From a virus, in the IMG/VR virus record IMGVR_UViG_3300035698_003810, positions 20,550-84,549 of that record: a stretch of DNA of 64,000 nucleotides; one strand, written 5' to 3'. Shown here in pieces: positions 28,615 to 39,143 of the stretch. Both the position numbers and the translations under genes were made by a program. The stretch's first letter is position 1, and each line of letters opens with the position of its first letter. Below the pieces are notes generated by a model that searched no databases, was not told the origin of the DNA, and saw nothing but the letters and a program-made list of their open reading frames with translations.

Positions 28615-29319
28615 ATGATAACTACAAAAGAAAATGATGTAATCGCAATGACAGAAGAATTTTGGTTTGGTCAAGATAAACCACTTGTGTCATGTCTAAT
28701 GTTGACATACAATAGATTTGGCCCATTTAAAAAAGCACTTGAGTGTTTCCTTAAACAAATATATACCAATAAGCAATTAATAATTGTCAATTCTGGTAAT
28801 AAAAGTTATAACAAAAAAGTACATAAACTTGTGACAAGATGTATGTCAGTTTGTAAAATAAAATATATACCACATGCTCCTGTGATGTCCATCGGTGAAT
28901 TAAGAAATTTTGCATTGAAATATTGTGATGGTGAATACGTGATATGTTTTGATGATGATGATATTCATCACCCAATGAGAATAGCACGTCAAATTGATTT
29001 GTGTTTAAAATCAAACATCCAAGGAACAATACTTAAGAATTTTACAGCAAAAATTGGATGGAAAGAACACAAATGTTCTATACTTCATGGGCTTGAGGGT
29101 TCACTACTATTCAAGAATCCAAAAGGTAAGATTCAGTACACTGATATGAATCAAGGTGAGGACACCGATTTTATAAAAAAATTAAGAGATAATGAGTACA
29201 ATATTGCTGTGATTGATGAAGATTTTGACACGTATAAATATATACATCACAGAACAAATACCGTGAGCAAAAAACACTTCAAAAATATGATTGAATTAAA
29301 TGTTCCTGTACGAAGATAA
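28615..29319 (+). CDS. GT2 glycosyltransferase
   Basis: LVSCLMLTYNR...IGELRNFAL...GEYVICFDDDD...GEDTDF. Confidence 0.9.
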   Translation: MITTKENDVIAMTEEFWFGQDKPLVSCLMLTYNRFGPFKKALECFLKQIYTNKQLIIVNSGNKSYNKKVHKLVTRCMSVCKIKYIPHAPVMSIGELRNFALKYCDGEYVICFDDDDIHHPMRIARQIDLCLKSNIQGTILKNFTAKIGWKEHKCSILHGLEGSLLFKNPKGKIQYTDMNQGEDTDFIKKLRDNEYNIAVIDEDFDTYKYIHHRTNTVSKKHFKNMIELNVPVRR

Positions 29320-29322
29320 TTA

Positions 29323-29351
29323 TTGACTTTTGAATAAGAATTTATTATATT
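29323..29351 (+). promoter_or_regulatory. Sigma70-type early/middle promoter
   Basis: TTGACT-17 nt-TATATT upstream of the large glycosyltransferase. Confidence 0.7.
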
Positions 29352-29389
29352 GTTATAGTATATTATTAGCATATTGAATGGAGGTAAAA

Positions 29390-32300
29390 TTGAAAAAGAT
29401 TGTAGTTTACACAGCGATTTTTGGGGCATATGATTCCCAATTAGTTGAGGTTGAATTTGACCGTGAAAAATTTGACTTTATTTGTTTTACAAACCAGAAG
29501 AGATTGAAGTCTAATAGTTGGGATATTAGAGTTGTTGAAGACCCTGTACCCAATGATAATCCCCGCAGTTCTTACTACTTTAAAACTAATCCTCATGATG
29601 TGTGGGAAGACCAATATGACATGTCTATTTGGATGGATTCATCTTGTAACAGAATAGATACATATAAGTTATATGAGATGGTTGAAAAATTTGATAAATT
29701 AGGCACTGCCCTTTACATCGAGAAACATCCCGGAAGAACATGTATCTATAAAGAACTCGAAGCAAACATTCATTTCAAAAAAGATGATGAAGCTGCTATG
29801 AGAGCACATGTTGAATCATATCGTAAAGAGGGTATGCCTAAAGATTTTGGTATGGTTGAAACTGGTTTACAACTTCGTAAACATAATGCACCGGACGTTA
29901 TTGAATTTCAAGAAATGCTTTGGGATGAGATGATGACCAAGACTCGTAGAGACCAATTATCATGGACATATTGTCAATGGAAATTGGGGTTTACTAATTT
30001 TTCTTTCTTTACGTTTCAAGAAAAGATTGATGTGCTTTGGTTCCAAGACCATCCACATAAAGTTAATCACACAGAAAAGGTTTTATTAATTGGGCCTTGG
30101 TATGGAGAGGAAAAGTACGAGCAACAATGGTCTGATTATGCAAATGGCTTTGTTGGTATGTCTCCGTTTGATACAGTCATCGTGGGATGTAGACCGGGAA
30201 GAAAAGATATTTATAAAGACATTGGGCCGGATAGATTTCTTTATGCAGACCCTGAAGGTGAAAAGAAATTAAATTTACTTAATGGTAGCCTTCCAAGATT
30301 TAATGTTAAGTCAACAGGTGAAAAAGAAATCACACAATTAAATCCTAAAGATGAACTTTTTAATAGATTTAAATTGTATGGTGGTTCTGTTCATTTTAAA
30401 ATTCATATCATTGGATGGAAAGCTGGAAGATATATTGAGAGGGCATTGAAATCTTTACTTAGCCAGAATCATAAAAATTGGCAAGCACAGATTGTATTAG
30501 ACCCGGATGATACAAATGAAACATATGAAATTGCAAAACAATATGAATCAGATAAGATAAAGGTTCATCTTAACAAAGAGAGACAAGGTCCAACTCAGAA
30601 CCACATTGACTGTGTTGCAATGATGAAACCTAATGATGATGATGTCTGTGTTACATTAGATGCAGATGATTGGTTTGCACATGATTACGCATTGACAGTA
30701 ATAGAAAATGAATATTTAAAAGACCCGAAAACATTAATCACACACGGTAGTTGGATTGACTATCCGAAACCGGGTTCATTACAACCGAACAATTCACAAC
30801 CATATTCACCAACTGAATTTGATAATATAAGAAAAACAATTTTCAAAGCCTCTCATGTTAGAACAGTAAAGTATAAAATTTGGAAACATATCACAAAAGA
30901 TTATTTAACACACTCAGAAACTGGTAAATATTATGATAGTTGTGGTGATGTTGCTATTATGTTTACGGCATTAGAGATGGCGGGTTATGATAGAGTTAAA
31001 TTTATTCCTGACATTCTTTATGTTTACAATAGAGAAACTGGTATGAATGAAGATAAGGTATCCCAATCACAACAGTCTAATATGATGGATATCATGAATA
31101 AGAAACCACACACATTATATAAAGAAACAGTTGATGATGGAATTGATTCTATTGTGTTTAGTAAAGACCGTGCATGTCAGCTTGATGCATTTTTAAGAAG
31201 TATGAAAGAACACCATAATAATTTAGATGAATGTAGTGTAACAATTCTTTATACATATTCTAATGATGAATTTAAAAGTGGGTATGATTTACTTATTAAA
31301 AAATTCCCTGAGTTTTCATTTGTAAAAGAAGACAATTTTAAAAGTGATTTGATAAATATATTTGCCAACGGTGTTCATGAGTATGTTCAATTTTTTGTTG
31401 ATGATAATGTATGGAAAAATGATTTTAGTTTTGATGATGTTGAATTCGATATGTTTAAAATGAATGATAATATATTATCATTATCATTAAGACTGTATAA
31501 GGGAATAACATATTGTCATCCAATGAATAAAGAAACAACACCACCATCGAATTTAAATAGCTTGAATAAATATAATATAAATGTGTGGGATTGGAATGGT
31601 GCAGATGGGGATTGGGGTTATCCAATGTCAGTTGATGGTAATATTTTTAGAAAGAAAAATATTGAATTATATGTAAATAGTTTTATGTATAATAATCCAA
31701 ATACATTTGAAGCTACTATGGCTTCAAGTCCTCCGGTAACATTTTCAAAGATGATTTGTTATTCTGATTCAAAGATTTTAAATATCCCAATGAATAGAGT
31801 TCAAAACACATTTCAAAATCCGTGTGGTGATGTTGATACAAAGATGTTGAATGATAAATTACTGTCTGGTGAAGTTATAAATATTAGTAAAGTTGATGGT
31901 TTTCAAAACTCAGCATGTCATCAAGAAATTGAATTGGACTTTATGAAAAATGTTAAATTAGTTATTAGACAGCCTTGGGGTGGTCTTGGAGATAATCTTC
32001 AGTTCTCAACTCTACCGGAAATGTTTTATAAAAAATATGGTATGAAGTGTGTATATATTCATAATGATAATGCATATAGAAATCCTGAGATTAAACAATT
32101 GGTTTGGGATATGAATCCATACATTGCCGGATTTACTTCTGATAACGATGGTGTGATTGACCTTAAAGCTGATAATGACCTTGATGGATTTTGGACGGAG
32201 AAAATTGAATCTCATTATGGAGTAGAGCCAACAAACAAATCACCTAAGATTTATTATGAATATGATGAATCAAAGAAAGAACAATTTAAAGATAAAGTGG

Positions 32301-32683
32301 TTATTGATGTTTCATTTGATTCTCGTAATAGTTCAATGACATCTGATACAGTTCGCAATAACATATTAAAATTTTTCTCAGAATTTAAAACAGACAAAGA
32401 AGTGTATTTAATTAAATTTGGTGAACAGGTTTCTTATTCTGAATTTGATATTATAAGTCATATTAATTGTCCTAATGTCAAAGAGTATAAAGTAAAAGAT
32501 ATATATGATTATTGTGATTTGATGAAGTACTGTGATACACTGATTTGTACATTCTCTGGACAAGCGGTACTTGCATCTGCTGTTAAAGGTGATAGTGAGA
32601 CACCAAGGATTGTTACGTTCCCACGGGATGATTGTTATAATGGTAAATTGTACATTTTTAATAATGCCGAATATATAGTTTAA
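29390..32683 (+). CDS. Multidomain glycosyltransferase (DUF616-like + GT2 + second GT-A + GT-B-like)
   Basis: VVYTAIFGAYD...SIWMD...RDQLS; CVTLDADDW...DVA; IVFSKDRACQLD...FFVDD...WGYPMSVDG; QPWGGLGDNLQFSTLP; GGAGG RBS before TTG 29390. Confidence 0.85.
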   Translation: MKKIVVYTAIFGAYDSQLVEVEFDREKFDFICFTNQKRLKSNSWDIRVVEDPVPNDNPRSSYYFKTNPHDVWEDQYDMSIWMDSSCNRIDTYKLYEMVEKFDKLGTALYIEKHPGRTCIYKELEANIHFKKDDEAAMRAHVESYRKEGMPKDFGMVETGLQLRKHNAPDVIEFQEMLWDEMMTKTRRDQLSWTYCQWKLGFTNFSFFTFQEKIDVLWFQDHPHKVNHTEKVLLIGPWYGEEKYEQQWSDYANGFVGMSPFDTVIVGCRPGRKDIYKDIGPDRFLYADPEGEKKLNLLNGSLPRFNVKSTGEKEITQLNPKDELFNRFKLYGGSVHFKIHIIGWKAGRYIERALKSLLSQNHKNWQAQIVLDPDDTNETYEIAKQYESDKIKVHLNKERQGPTQNHIDCVAMMKPNDDDVCVTLDADDWFAHDYALTVIENEYLKDPKTLITHGSWIDYPKPGSLQPNNSQPYSPTEFDNIRKTIFKASHVRTVKYKIWKHITKDYLTHSETGKYYDSCGDVAIMFTALEMAGYDRVKFIPDILYVYNRETGMNEDKVSQSQQSNMMDIMNKKPHTLYKETVDDGIDSIVFSKDRACQLDAFLRSMKEHHNNLDECSVTILYTYSNDEFKSGYDLLIKKFPEFSFVKEDNFKSDLINIFANGVHEYVQFFVDDNVWKNDFSFDDVEFDMFKMNDNILSLSLRLYKGITYCHPMNKETTPPSNLNSLNKYNINVWDWNGADGDWGYPMSVDGNIFRKKNIELYVNSFMYNNPNTFEATMASSPPVTFSKMICYSDSKILNIPMNRVQNTFQNPCGDVDTKMLNDKLLSGEVINISKVDGFQNSACHQEIELDFMKNVKLVIRQPWGGLGDNLQFSTLPEMFYKKYGMKCVYIHNDNAYRNPEIKQLVWDMNPYIAGFTSDNDGVIDLKADNDLDGFWTEKIESHYGVEPTNKSPKIYYEYDESKKEQFKDKVVIDVSFDSRNSSMTSDTVRNNILKFFSEFKTDKEVYLIKFGEQVSYSEFDIISHINCPNVKEYKVKDIYDYCDLMKYCDTLICTFSGQAVLASAVKGDSETPRIVTFPRDDCYNGKLYIFNNAEYIV

Positions 32684-32694
32684 CGAGAGGTGTA

Positions 32695-33204
32695 ATGGAT
32701 TTATTAGGTTATAAAGGCAGAACATACCCCAAGTTTCAAGAACAGGGGTATGCTTCACAGTTCGCAATTCCCTTTGCAAAGCACTTTTGTAAAGGTATTG
32801 GGTATGACATAGGTTGTCATAAAATAGAATGGTCATTTCCGGGGTCAATTCCTGTAGATTTAATTTTGGATAATAATGAATATGATGCATTTAATTTGCC
32901 GGAAGAGCAGGTAGATTATATTTATTCAAGCCATTGTCTTGAACATTTGGATTCATGGGTTAATGCTATTGACTATTGGAAAACTAAATTAAAAGATGGT
33001 GGTATTTTGTTTCTTTATCTTCCACATTATAATCAAGAATATTGGAGACCGTGGAATAATAAAAAACATAAACATGTAATGACATCGGAAGGTGTTGTTG
33101 ATTTTATAATAGACAGAAGATTTATTCACACATTTAATAGTGAACGGGATTTAAATGATTCGTTTATGGTTGTATGTGAAAGGAGTTATGAAAATGAGTA
33201 TTGA
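32695..33204 (+). CDS. Class I SAM-dependent methyltransferase
   Basis: GYDIGC, DYIYSSHCLEHL, LKDGGILFLYLP. Confidence 0.88.
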   Translation: MDLLGYKGRTYPKFQEQGYASQFAIPFAKHFCKGIGYDIGCHKIEWSFPGSIPVDLILDNNEYDAFNLPEEQVDYIYSSHCLEHLDSWVNAIDYWKTKLKDGGILFLYLPHYNQEYWRPWNNKKHKHVMTSEGVVDFIIDRRFIHTFNSERDLNDSFMVVCERSYENEY

Positions 33205-33946
33205 TATTTTTATTACGTGTGCAAAAAAAGATTACATTAAATTACCATATTGTATTGCTTCAATTGAAAGAAACATAGCTGATATTGATGAAATTCATAT
33301 TGCATCACCCACTGAAATTAAAATCGATGGTGTGATTTGGCATAATGAAAATGATATTTTGCATGTTGATAAAACAAAAATAAAACACAGACCAAATTGG
33401 GTGTTTCAACAATTGATAAAATTATTTCAAACCGTAACTAAAAACGATTTCTATTTGACTATTGATTCTGATACTATAATTAATAGACCATTGAAATTGT
33501 TTACTGATGAAGGTAAGCCAATTTTATATGCCGGGATTCAACAATACCATGCCCCATATTTTAAATTTATGAAAGAAGTTTTTAATTTGGATAAAGTTAT
33601 CAAAGAATCTTTTATTACAGATATGAATTTTTTTAATAGAAATATAATAAATGAAATGCTCGTTAATAACAATTATACAGTTGAATCATTTTTAGAAAAA
33701 TTATATGAAGTAACAAAACCAAGCGAATGTTATATTGGTGAGCCGGAACTGTATGGTAATTATGTTGTGGAACATCATATGGATATGTATACGATTAGAC
33801 AATTGAAAATGAAAATGTCTGGTAAAGAAATTAATAATGCTAATGATGTAGTTTGGTGTAATCAAGAAATTGAAACTGGTATTAAAGTTATGAAAAATCT
33901 TGATTATGATACATTCTCTATGCACTCATGGGTATTGGGGGATTAA
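33194..33946 (+). CDS. GT-A-like glycosyltransferase (DUF6492-like)
   Basis: WVFQQLIKL...YLTIDSDT...EPELYGNY; AGGAG RBS before ATG 33194. Confidence 0.7.
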   Translation: MSIDIFITCAKKDYIKLPYCIASIERNIADIDEIHIASPTEIKIDGVIWHNENDILHVDKTKIKHRPNWVFQQLIKLFQTVTKNDFYLTIDSDTIINRPLKLFTDEGKPILYAGIQQYHAPYFKFMKEVFNLDKVIKESFITDMNFFNRNIINEMLVNNNYTVESFLEKLYEVTKPSECYIGEPELYGNYVVEHHMDMYTIRQLKMKMSGKEINNANDVVWCNQEIETGIKVMKNLDYDTFSMHSWVLGD

Positions 33947-34801
33947 ATGAATTTAGTTTTAATACACATTGGTGATACGTTGCCTTCGTATGTTAGTGAT
34001 ACAATAGAACAGGCAAGAAAGTTTTATGATGGTGATTTGTATTTTGTAAAATCTAAAGATTGTAAAATTTCACATTGGGATAATATCATAGAGATTGATT
34101 ATGAATCATTACTTGACCATCCGAGAGTAAAACAGTTTAAAGATATTTCTACACTAAAAGGTTTTTGGGGTGTGACGTGTGAACGATTTATTATATTAGA
34201 AGCCTTGATGGAAAAATTAAATTTGGATACAGTTTTTCATATTGAAAATGATGTTACTATTTACAATGACCCGAATAATTTGTTGCCATATGTTTCATCA
34301 TTTTGTAAAGACGCGGTTGTTGTGAATCCTACTGGCCCTGAGATATCAACCGGGGCATTTGTATACGTTGATAATTTGAAAGCAATATCATTTGTAAATG
34401 AAAAATTTATTGAATTATTAAAAAACCCACAAGGGATATTAAATCGTTTGACTGAAAAGTTTATAAGTGAAATGAAATTATTAAATATTCTTCAAACGGA
34501 TTATCCAGATAAAGTAAAACATTTTCCTATATTACCACACACAGATGATTACATTGATTTGATTTTTGATTGTGCAACATGGGGTCAATTACTTGGTGGA
34601 ACACCTAATGGTGAGGTTGGTGCAGACCAACTTCAACATCATTGGATTGGTAAAGAAATGTACCCTGAAAGAAAATATAAATACTTGTGGGAAAATGATG
34701 AGAAAGGAAGACGTTGTATTTTTATTGTTGATAAATCGGGAAATAAATATAAGTTAAATAATTTACACGTTCATAGTAAACGTGTGAGGGAGTTTATGTA
34801 A
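33947..34801 (+). CDS. Putative glycosyltransferase
   Basis: FWGVTCERF...FHIENDV...FDCATWGQLLGG...NLHVHSK pattern of GT-A-like proteins; cluster context. Confidence 0.6.
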   Translation: MNLVLIHIGDTLPSYVSDTIEQARKFYDGDLYFVKSKDCKISHWDNIIEIDYESLLDHPRVKQFKDISTLKGFWGVTCERFIILEALMEKLNLDTVFHIENDVTIYNDPNNLLPYVSSFCKDAVVVNPTGPEISTGAFVYVDNLKAISFVNEKFIELLKNPQGILNRLTEKFISEMKLLNILQTDYPDKVKHFPILPHTDDYIDLIFDCATWGQLLGGTPNGEVGADQLQHHWIGKEMYPERKYKYLWENDEKGRRCIFIVDKSGNKYKLNNLHVHSKRVREFM

Positions 34802-34802
34802 G

Positions 34803-36158
34803 GTGAATAGCATATGTTTGATTAATCCTCCATCACCATTTTTAATTGATGAGAAGGTATTTGTTTCAATTGGTATTTTAAGAGTAGCAACGTCATTAAT
34901 AGACCATTTGTATAATGCTGATATTTTAGATTTAGCGGGTATTAAAGATTGGAAAGATAAAATTGATAATATTATTTATAAATATGATATTGTTGGTATT
35001 TCATCAACTACTCCACAAATTCCTATAGTGACAAAGATTGCCGAATATATTAAATCCAAACATAATAAACAAGTTGTGTTAGGTGGCCCACATGCAACGG
35101 TTGTTCTTGGTGCATATAAAGAGAATCCGACAGGACGTGCGTTATTAGAACTCGATAGATTACAGAGGATATTCGATTATATAGTTTGTGGTGATGGTGA
35201 ATTCGTAATTTTAGATATAATGAGAGGACACAAGACAGGGATATTGGATAGTGAAACTAATCCTGATTGGTACTTGACAAATGAAAAATATGATTCATTA
35301 TCGGTTCCTATTCGTAGTTTAATTGATATAGATTCATATCATTATAAAATTGATGGCGTTAAATCTACTAATTTGATATGTCAAATGGGATGCCCGTTTG
35401 GATGTAATTTTTGTGGTGGAAGAAAATCTAAAACATTTAGACAAATAAGAACACGAAGTATTCCATTAGTTATTAAAGAAATAGATTATCTCTACCGTGG
35501 TTGGGGGTATACAGGATTTATGTTTTATGATGATGAATTGAATGTTAATGGAAAATTATTTCTTAATTTTTTAGATGAATTGATTAAATATCAAAATAAC
35601 AACAATGTTAATTTTAATTTAAGAGGATTCACACGTGCGGATTTATTGACACAAGAGCAAGCAGATAAAATGTATGAAGCAGGGTTTAAATGGCTTCTTA
35701 CTGGTTTTGAATCCGGTTCAGATAGAATGTTGTTAAATATGAATAAGAGAAATACCGTTGAAGATAATACAAATGCTTGTATGACTGCCAGATTTGCAGG
35801 ACTTAAAGTAAAGGCATTGATGTCTATTGGTCACCCGGGTGAGTCAAGTGAAACAATAAAAGAAACTAAAGATTGGGTTAAGATGGTTAAACCAGATGAT
35901 GTTGATGTTACAATAATATCAACATATCCCGGTACACCATATTATGATGATGTAACATGGGATGAAAATAAAAAGGTATGGAAATATATTAGTCCTAAAA
36001 CTGGAGATATTTTGTATTCTTTGGATGTAAATTATACAAAGGATTCTGTATTCTATAAGAGTGACCCGGACAGTTATGAATCTTTTGTCTTTACTGATAA
36101 TTTGTCATGTCAAGATTTAGTTGACGAAAGAAGGCAGTTGGAGAGGGAATTAAAATGA
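34803..36158 (+). CDS. B12-binding radical SAM enzyme (class B methylase-like)
   Basis: LINPP...VGISSTT...VLGGPHAT...GDGE cobalamin domain; GCPFGCNFC; FYDDELN; GFESGS; GHPGES; YPGT. Confidence 0.92.
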   Translation: MNSICLINPPSPFLIDEKVFVSIGILRVATSLIDHLYNADILDLAGIKDWKDKIDNIIYKYDIVGISSTTPQIPIVTKIAEYIKSKHNKQVVLGGPHATVVLGAYKENPTGRALLELDRLQRIFDYIVCGDGEFVILDIMRGHKTGILDSETNPDWYLTNEKYDSLSVPIRSLIDIDSYHYKIDGVKSTNLICQMGCPFGCNFCGGRKSKTFRQIRTRSIPLVIKEIDYLYRGWGYTGFMFYDDELNVNGKLFLNFLDELIKYQNNNNVNFNLRGFTRADLLTQEQADKMYEAGFKWLLTGFESGSDRMLLNMNKRNTVEDNTNACMTARFAGLKVKALMSIGHPGESSETIKETKDWVKMVKPDDVDVTIISTYPGTPYYDDVTWDENKKVWKYISPKTGDILYSLDVNYTKDSVFYKSDPDSYESFVFTDNLSCQDLVDERRQLERELK

Positions 36159-36979
36159 ATAAAGATTGGGTAAAGTCATTTAGTCGAGATGATTTTGTTG
36201 ATGGAGATGGGTTTGAAAATATTGCAAAAGACTTAGGAATAACATACACAGAAAGTCATAATTTAAAACATGTAATAGATAATGAAATTATTTTATCTCA
36301 TAATGGGGATGCATGTGTATTGCCAGAGGGTGTTAATATAATAAGAACAGGCGAATCAAGAGTTGGTATTGATTTTAATTGGTTAAATATTCCTGAAAAA
36401 TTAAAAGTATTATTCTCATTAAATGTTGACGTTAAGGATGATAGAATATATTATTTGCCAGTTGGGTTAGAAAGAAAACGGTGGAATCCCCAACAGAAAA
36501 AGCAGGAAAATTTATTCAATATGATGAATACAGATATCGAACCATCTAAATTGGTTTATTTGAATATAGCAGCGGGGACAAATATACAATCAAGACCTAA
36601 ATTAATTGAAGTAATGAAAGATAAATCTTGGTGTACAAATGATAATCGTGGTAATGGTTCTGATTATATGAATTTTATAACTAATATAAAAGAACACAAA
36701 TTTGTATTTTCACCTGATGGTAATTCATTAGAAGGTCATAGAACATGGGAAACATTATATTTGGGTAGAATACCAATCATAGAACGTCATGTGTTTACGG
36801 AATATTTTGCTGAACGCTTACCGTTACTTATTGTTGATAATTGGGAAGATGTTACTGAAGAATTTCTTAATGATAAATATAATGAAATGATAAATAAAGA
36901 GTGGGATTGGGATTTGTTAAAAAATTCATATTGGAAAACATATATAAGCGGAGTTATTGATAATGTTAAACAAAAATAG
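36155..36979 (+). CDS. Exostosin/GT47-like glycosyltransferase, paralog A
   Basis: LPVGLE...HKFVFSPDGNSLEGHRTWETLYLGRIPI. Confidence 0.75.
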   Translation: MNKDWVKSFSRDDFVDGDGFENIAKDLGITYTESHNLKHVIDNEIILSHNGDACVLPEGVNIIRTGESRVGIDFNWLNIPEKLKVLFSLNVDVKDDRIYYLPVGLERKRWNPQQKKQENLFNMMNTDIEPSKLVYLNIAAGTNIQSRPKLIEVMKDKSWCTNDNRGNGSDYMNFITNIKEHKFVFSPDGNSLEGHRTWETLYLGRIPIIERHVFTEYFAERLPLLIVDNWEDVTEEFLNDKYNEMINKEWDWDLLKNSYWKTYISGVIDNVKQK

Positions 36980-37628
36980 TATTGACGAAATTTATAAAAA
37001 ACTCGATATTCCTAAATATGATAAACCACTATTAGAATATAATAATGGTAATTGGAAATGGGAGAATAAAGATTTCTCAAGAGTACCAACTTTAATTGAA
37101 TTTAGAAAAATGGTTGATGAATTAAAATTATCATCTGAAAAAATGTTAGTTATAAATGGTACAGGAGACCCCGAATTAGAATTCATTCCAACTAAAGAAG
37201 TTAAACATGGTGTTTATATTCATGAACCGGAATTGTATGATTTGCATACAATGGATTTGGATGAAAAGGATTATGATTTTTTAATGTGTAATCAAACATT
37301 AGAACATGTTTATAATCCTTTTGTTGCATTAAAAACTATGAATAAACATTTGAGGATGGGTGGCTATTGCTACATTACAGTTCCTTGTAATAATATTCCT
37401 CATGATACACCGATGCATTTTTATACAGGATTTACAGCCGTTGGATTAGGAACCTTTTTTGTTGAAGGAGGATTTGAAATTATTAAGTTAGGACAATGGG
37501 GAAATTATAAGGCAGTTGAAACTATGTTTACAGATGATTGGGCAGACTATAGAAAATCAAGTTGGAATAATGAAGAGAAATGTCCCATAACAAGTTGGTG
37601 TTTAGGAAGAAAAATTGAGGAGGTATAA
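36963..37628 (+). CDS. SAM-dependent methyltransferase
   Basis: YDFLMCNQTLEHVYNP...LRMGGYCYITVP. Confidence 0.8.
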   Translation: MLNKNSIDEIYKKLDIPKYDKPLLEYNNGNWKWENKDFSRVPTLIEFRKMVDELKLSSEKMLVINGTGDPELEFIPTKEVKHGVYIHEPELYDLHTMDLDEKDYDFLMCNQTLEHVYNPFVALKTMNKHLRMGGYCYITVPCNNIPHDTPMHFYTGFTAVGLGTFFVEGGFEIIKLGQWGNYKAVETMFTDDWADYRKSSWNNEEKCPITSWCLGRKIEEV

Positions 37629-38449
37629 TGGATTACAGGTGGTCAACATTTAGTCAAGATGATTTTATTGACGGTGATGGATTTGAAAATATTGCAAAGG
37701 AATTAGGAATTACATATTGTGAAGGTAGAGATATTAATGCTATAGATAACGAATATGTTTTATATCATAATGGTGATGCTTGTGTCTTACCTGTTGGTGT
37801 TGATAGAAGACCACTTGGTGAGCATCGAGGATATGATTTATTTTGGGAAAATATACCGGATAAATTAAAATTATTCTTTTCACAAAATGTTGATGTTGAC
37901 GATGACCGTATTGTGTGTTTACCTATCGGACTTGAAAGAAGCAGGTGGAAACAAATGTTTCGTGTTGATAAACATGAACGATTACTTAATATGATGACAC
38001 AAGATGTTGAAAAAAGTGGATTAGTTTATTTAAATGTCAACCCAACTACAAATCGTATATCAAGACCTAAATTAATTGAAATAATGAAAGATAAACCTTG
38101 GTGTACAAACGAACTTCGCCCGAATGGGTTTGAATATGATAACTATCTACATCAAATGAAATCACATAAATTTGTTTTCTGTCCAGATGGTAATGGAATA
38201 GATTGTCATAGAACATGGGAAGCACTTTATGTTGGTTCATATCCTATTGTAGAACGTCACGTGTATGCAGAAAAATTTGCAAAGTATCTTCCAATATTGG
38301 TAGTTGATAATTGGGACGATGTTACTGAAGAACTTCTTAATAAAACATATGGGGAGTTTTATAATACTTGGTGGGATTGGAATATGTTATCGATGTCTTA
38401 TTGGAAAAAGTTTATTACAGAAAAGGTGGAAGGTAATGATACGAACTAA
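37628..38449 (+). CDS. Exostosin/GT47-like glycosyltransferase, paralog B
   Basis: LPIGLE...HKFVFCPDGNGIDCHRTWEALYVGSYPIV; colinear with 36155 ORF. Confidence 0.78.
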   Translation: MDYRWSTFSQDDFIDGDGFENIAKELGITYCEGRDINAIDNEYVLYHNGDACVLPVGVDRRPLGEHRGYDLFWENIPDKLKLFFSQNVDVDDDRIVCLPIGLERSRWKQMFRVDKHERLLNMMTQDVEKSGLVYLNVNPTTNRISRPKLIEIMKDKPWCTNELRPNGFEYDNYLHQMKSHKFVFCPDGNGIDCHRTWEALYVGSYPIVERHVYAEKFAKYLPILVVDNWDDVTEELLNKTYGEFYNTWWDWNMLSMSYWKKFITEKVEGNDTN

Positions 38450-39143
38450 TTATATTGGTAGAGTTGGAAACAATATGTTTCAGTATGTATTCAATAGAAT
38501 GCTTGCTGAACGATGTAATCTTTACTTTGAAGAAACTATAACACATCCATATTGGAAAGATTGTTCATCTAAAAATTTTCCTATTGAAGTTATTCCGTAT
38601 AATAATGATGGAAAAGTTAAATTGAAACATGAAGATATGGTACAGACTGCCGGATATTATCAAGACCCCCGAATATATGATGCAAATACAAAACTAATAC
38701 GGTCGTTTTTTAAATATGATATAAATAAAAGAAATCACCAATCAGTAACAGCGCACATTAGATTAAAAGATTATTATGAATTTGGTAAAGAGGGTGTTGT
38801 GATACACCCGGAGTGGTACACTAAGATTTTTAAAATGTTGGGTTGTGATGCTGACTATGTAACATTGTATATTGTTTCCGATAATATCAATGATGCATAT
38901 ATGGATAATTTTAAAGAGTTTAATCCTAAATTTATATCTGGAACACCAAAAGAAGATTTTCAATTTATTATGAATTCAGATATAACTGTTGTTGGGAATA
39001 GTTCTTTTTCTTGGTGGGCATCATGGCTTAGTGATGCATCACAGATATATACATTCAAGCCTTGGATATATAGAGATGATAATAGAGAATATAATCTGTC
39101 TCGTATGGATAGGGCAATAAGAGTCGATGGAAAATTTTTATAA
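38436..39143 (+). CDS. Alpha-1,2-fucosyltransferase-like (GT11)
   Basis: GRVGNNMFQY, GYYQ, AHIRLKDY, NSSFSWWASWL; start ATG 38436. Confidence 0.88.
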   Translation: MIRTNYIGRVGNNMFQYVFNRMLAERCNLYFEETITHPYWKDCSSKNFPIEVIPYNNDGKVKLKHEDMVQTAGYYQDPRIYDANTKLIRSFFKYDINKRNHQSVTAHIRLKDYYEFGKEGVVIHPEWYTKIFKMLGCDADYVTLYIVSDNINDAYMDNFKEFNPKFISGTPKEDFQFIMNSDITVVGNSSFSWWASWLSDASQIYTFKPWIYRDDNREYNLSRMDRAIRVDGKFL

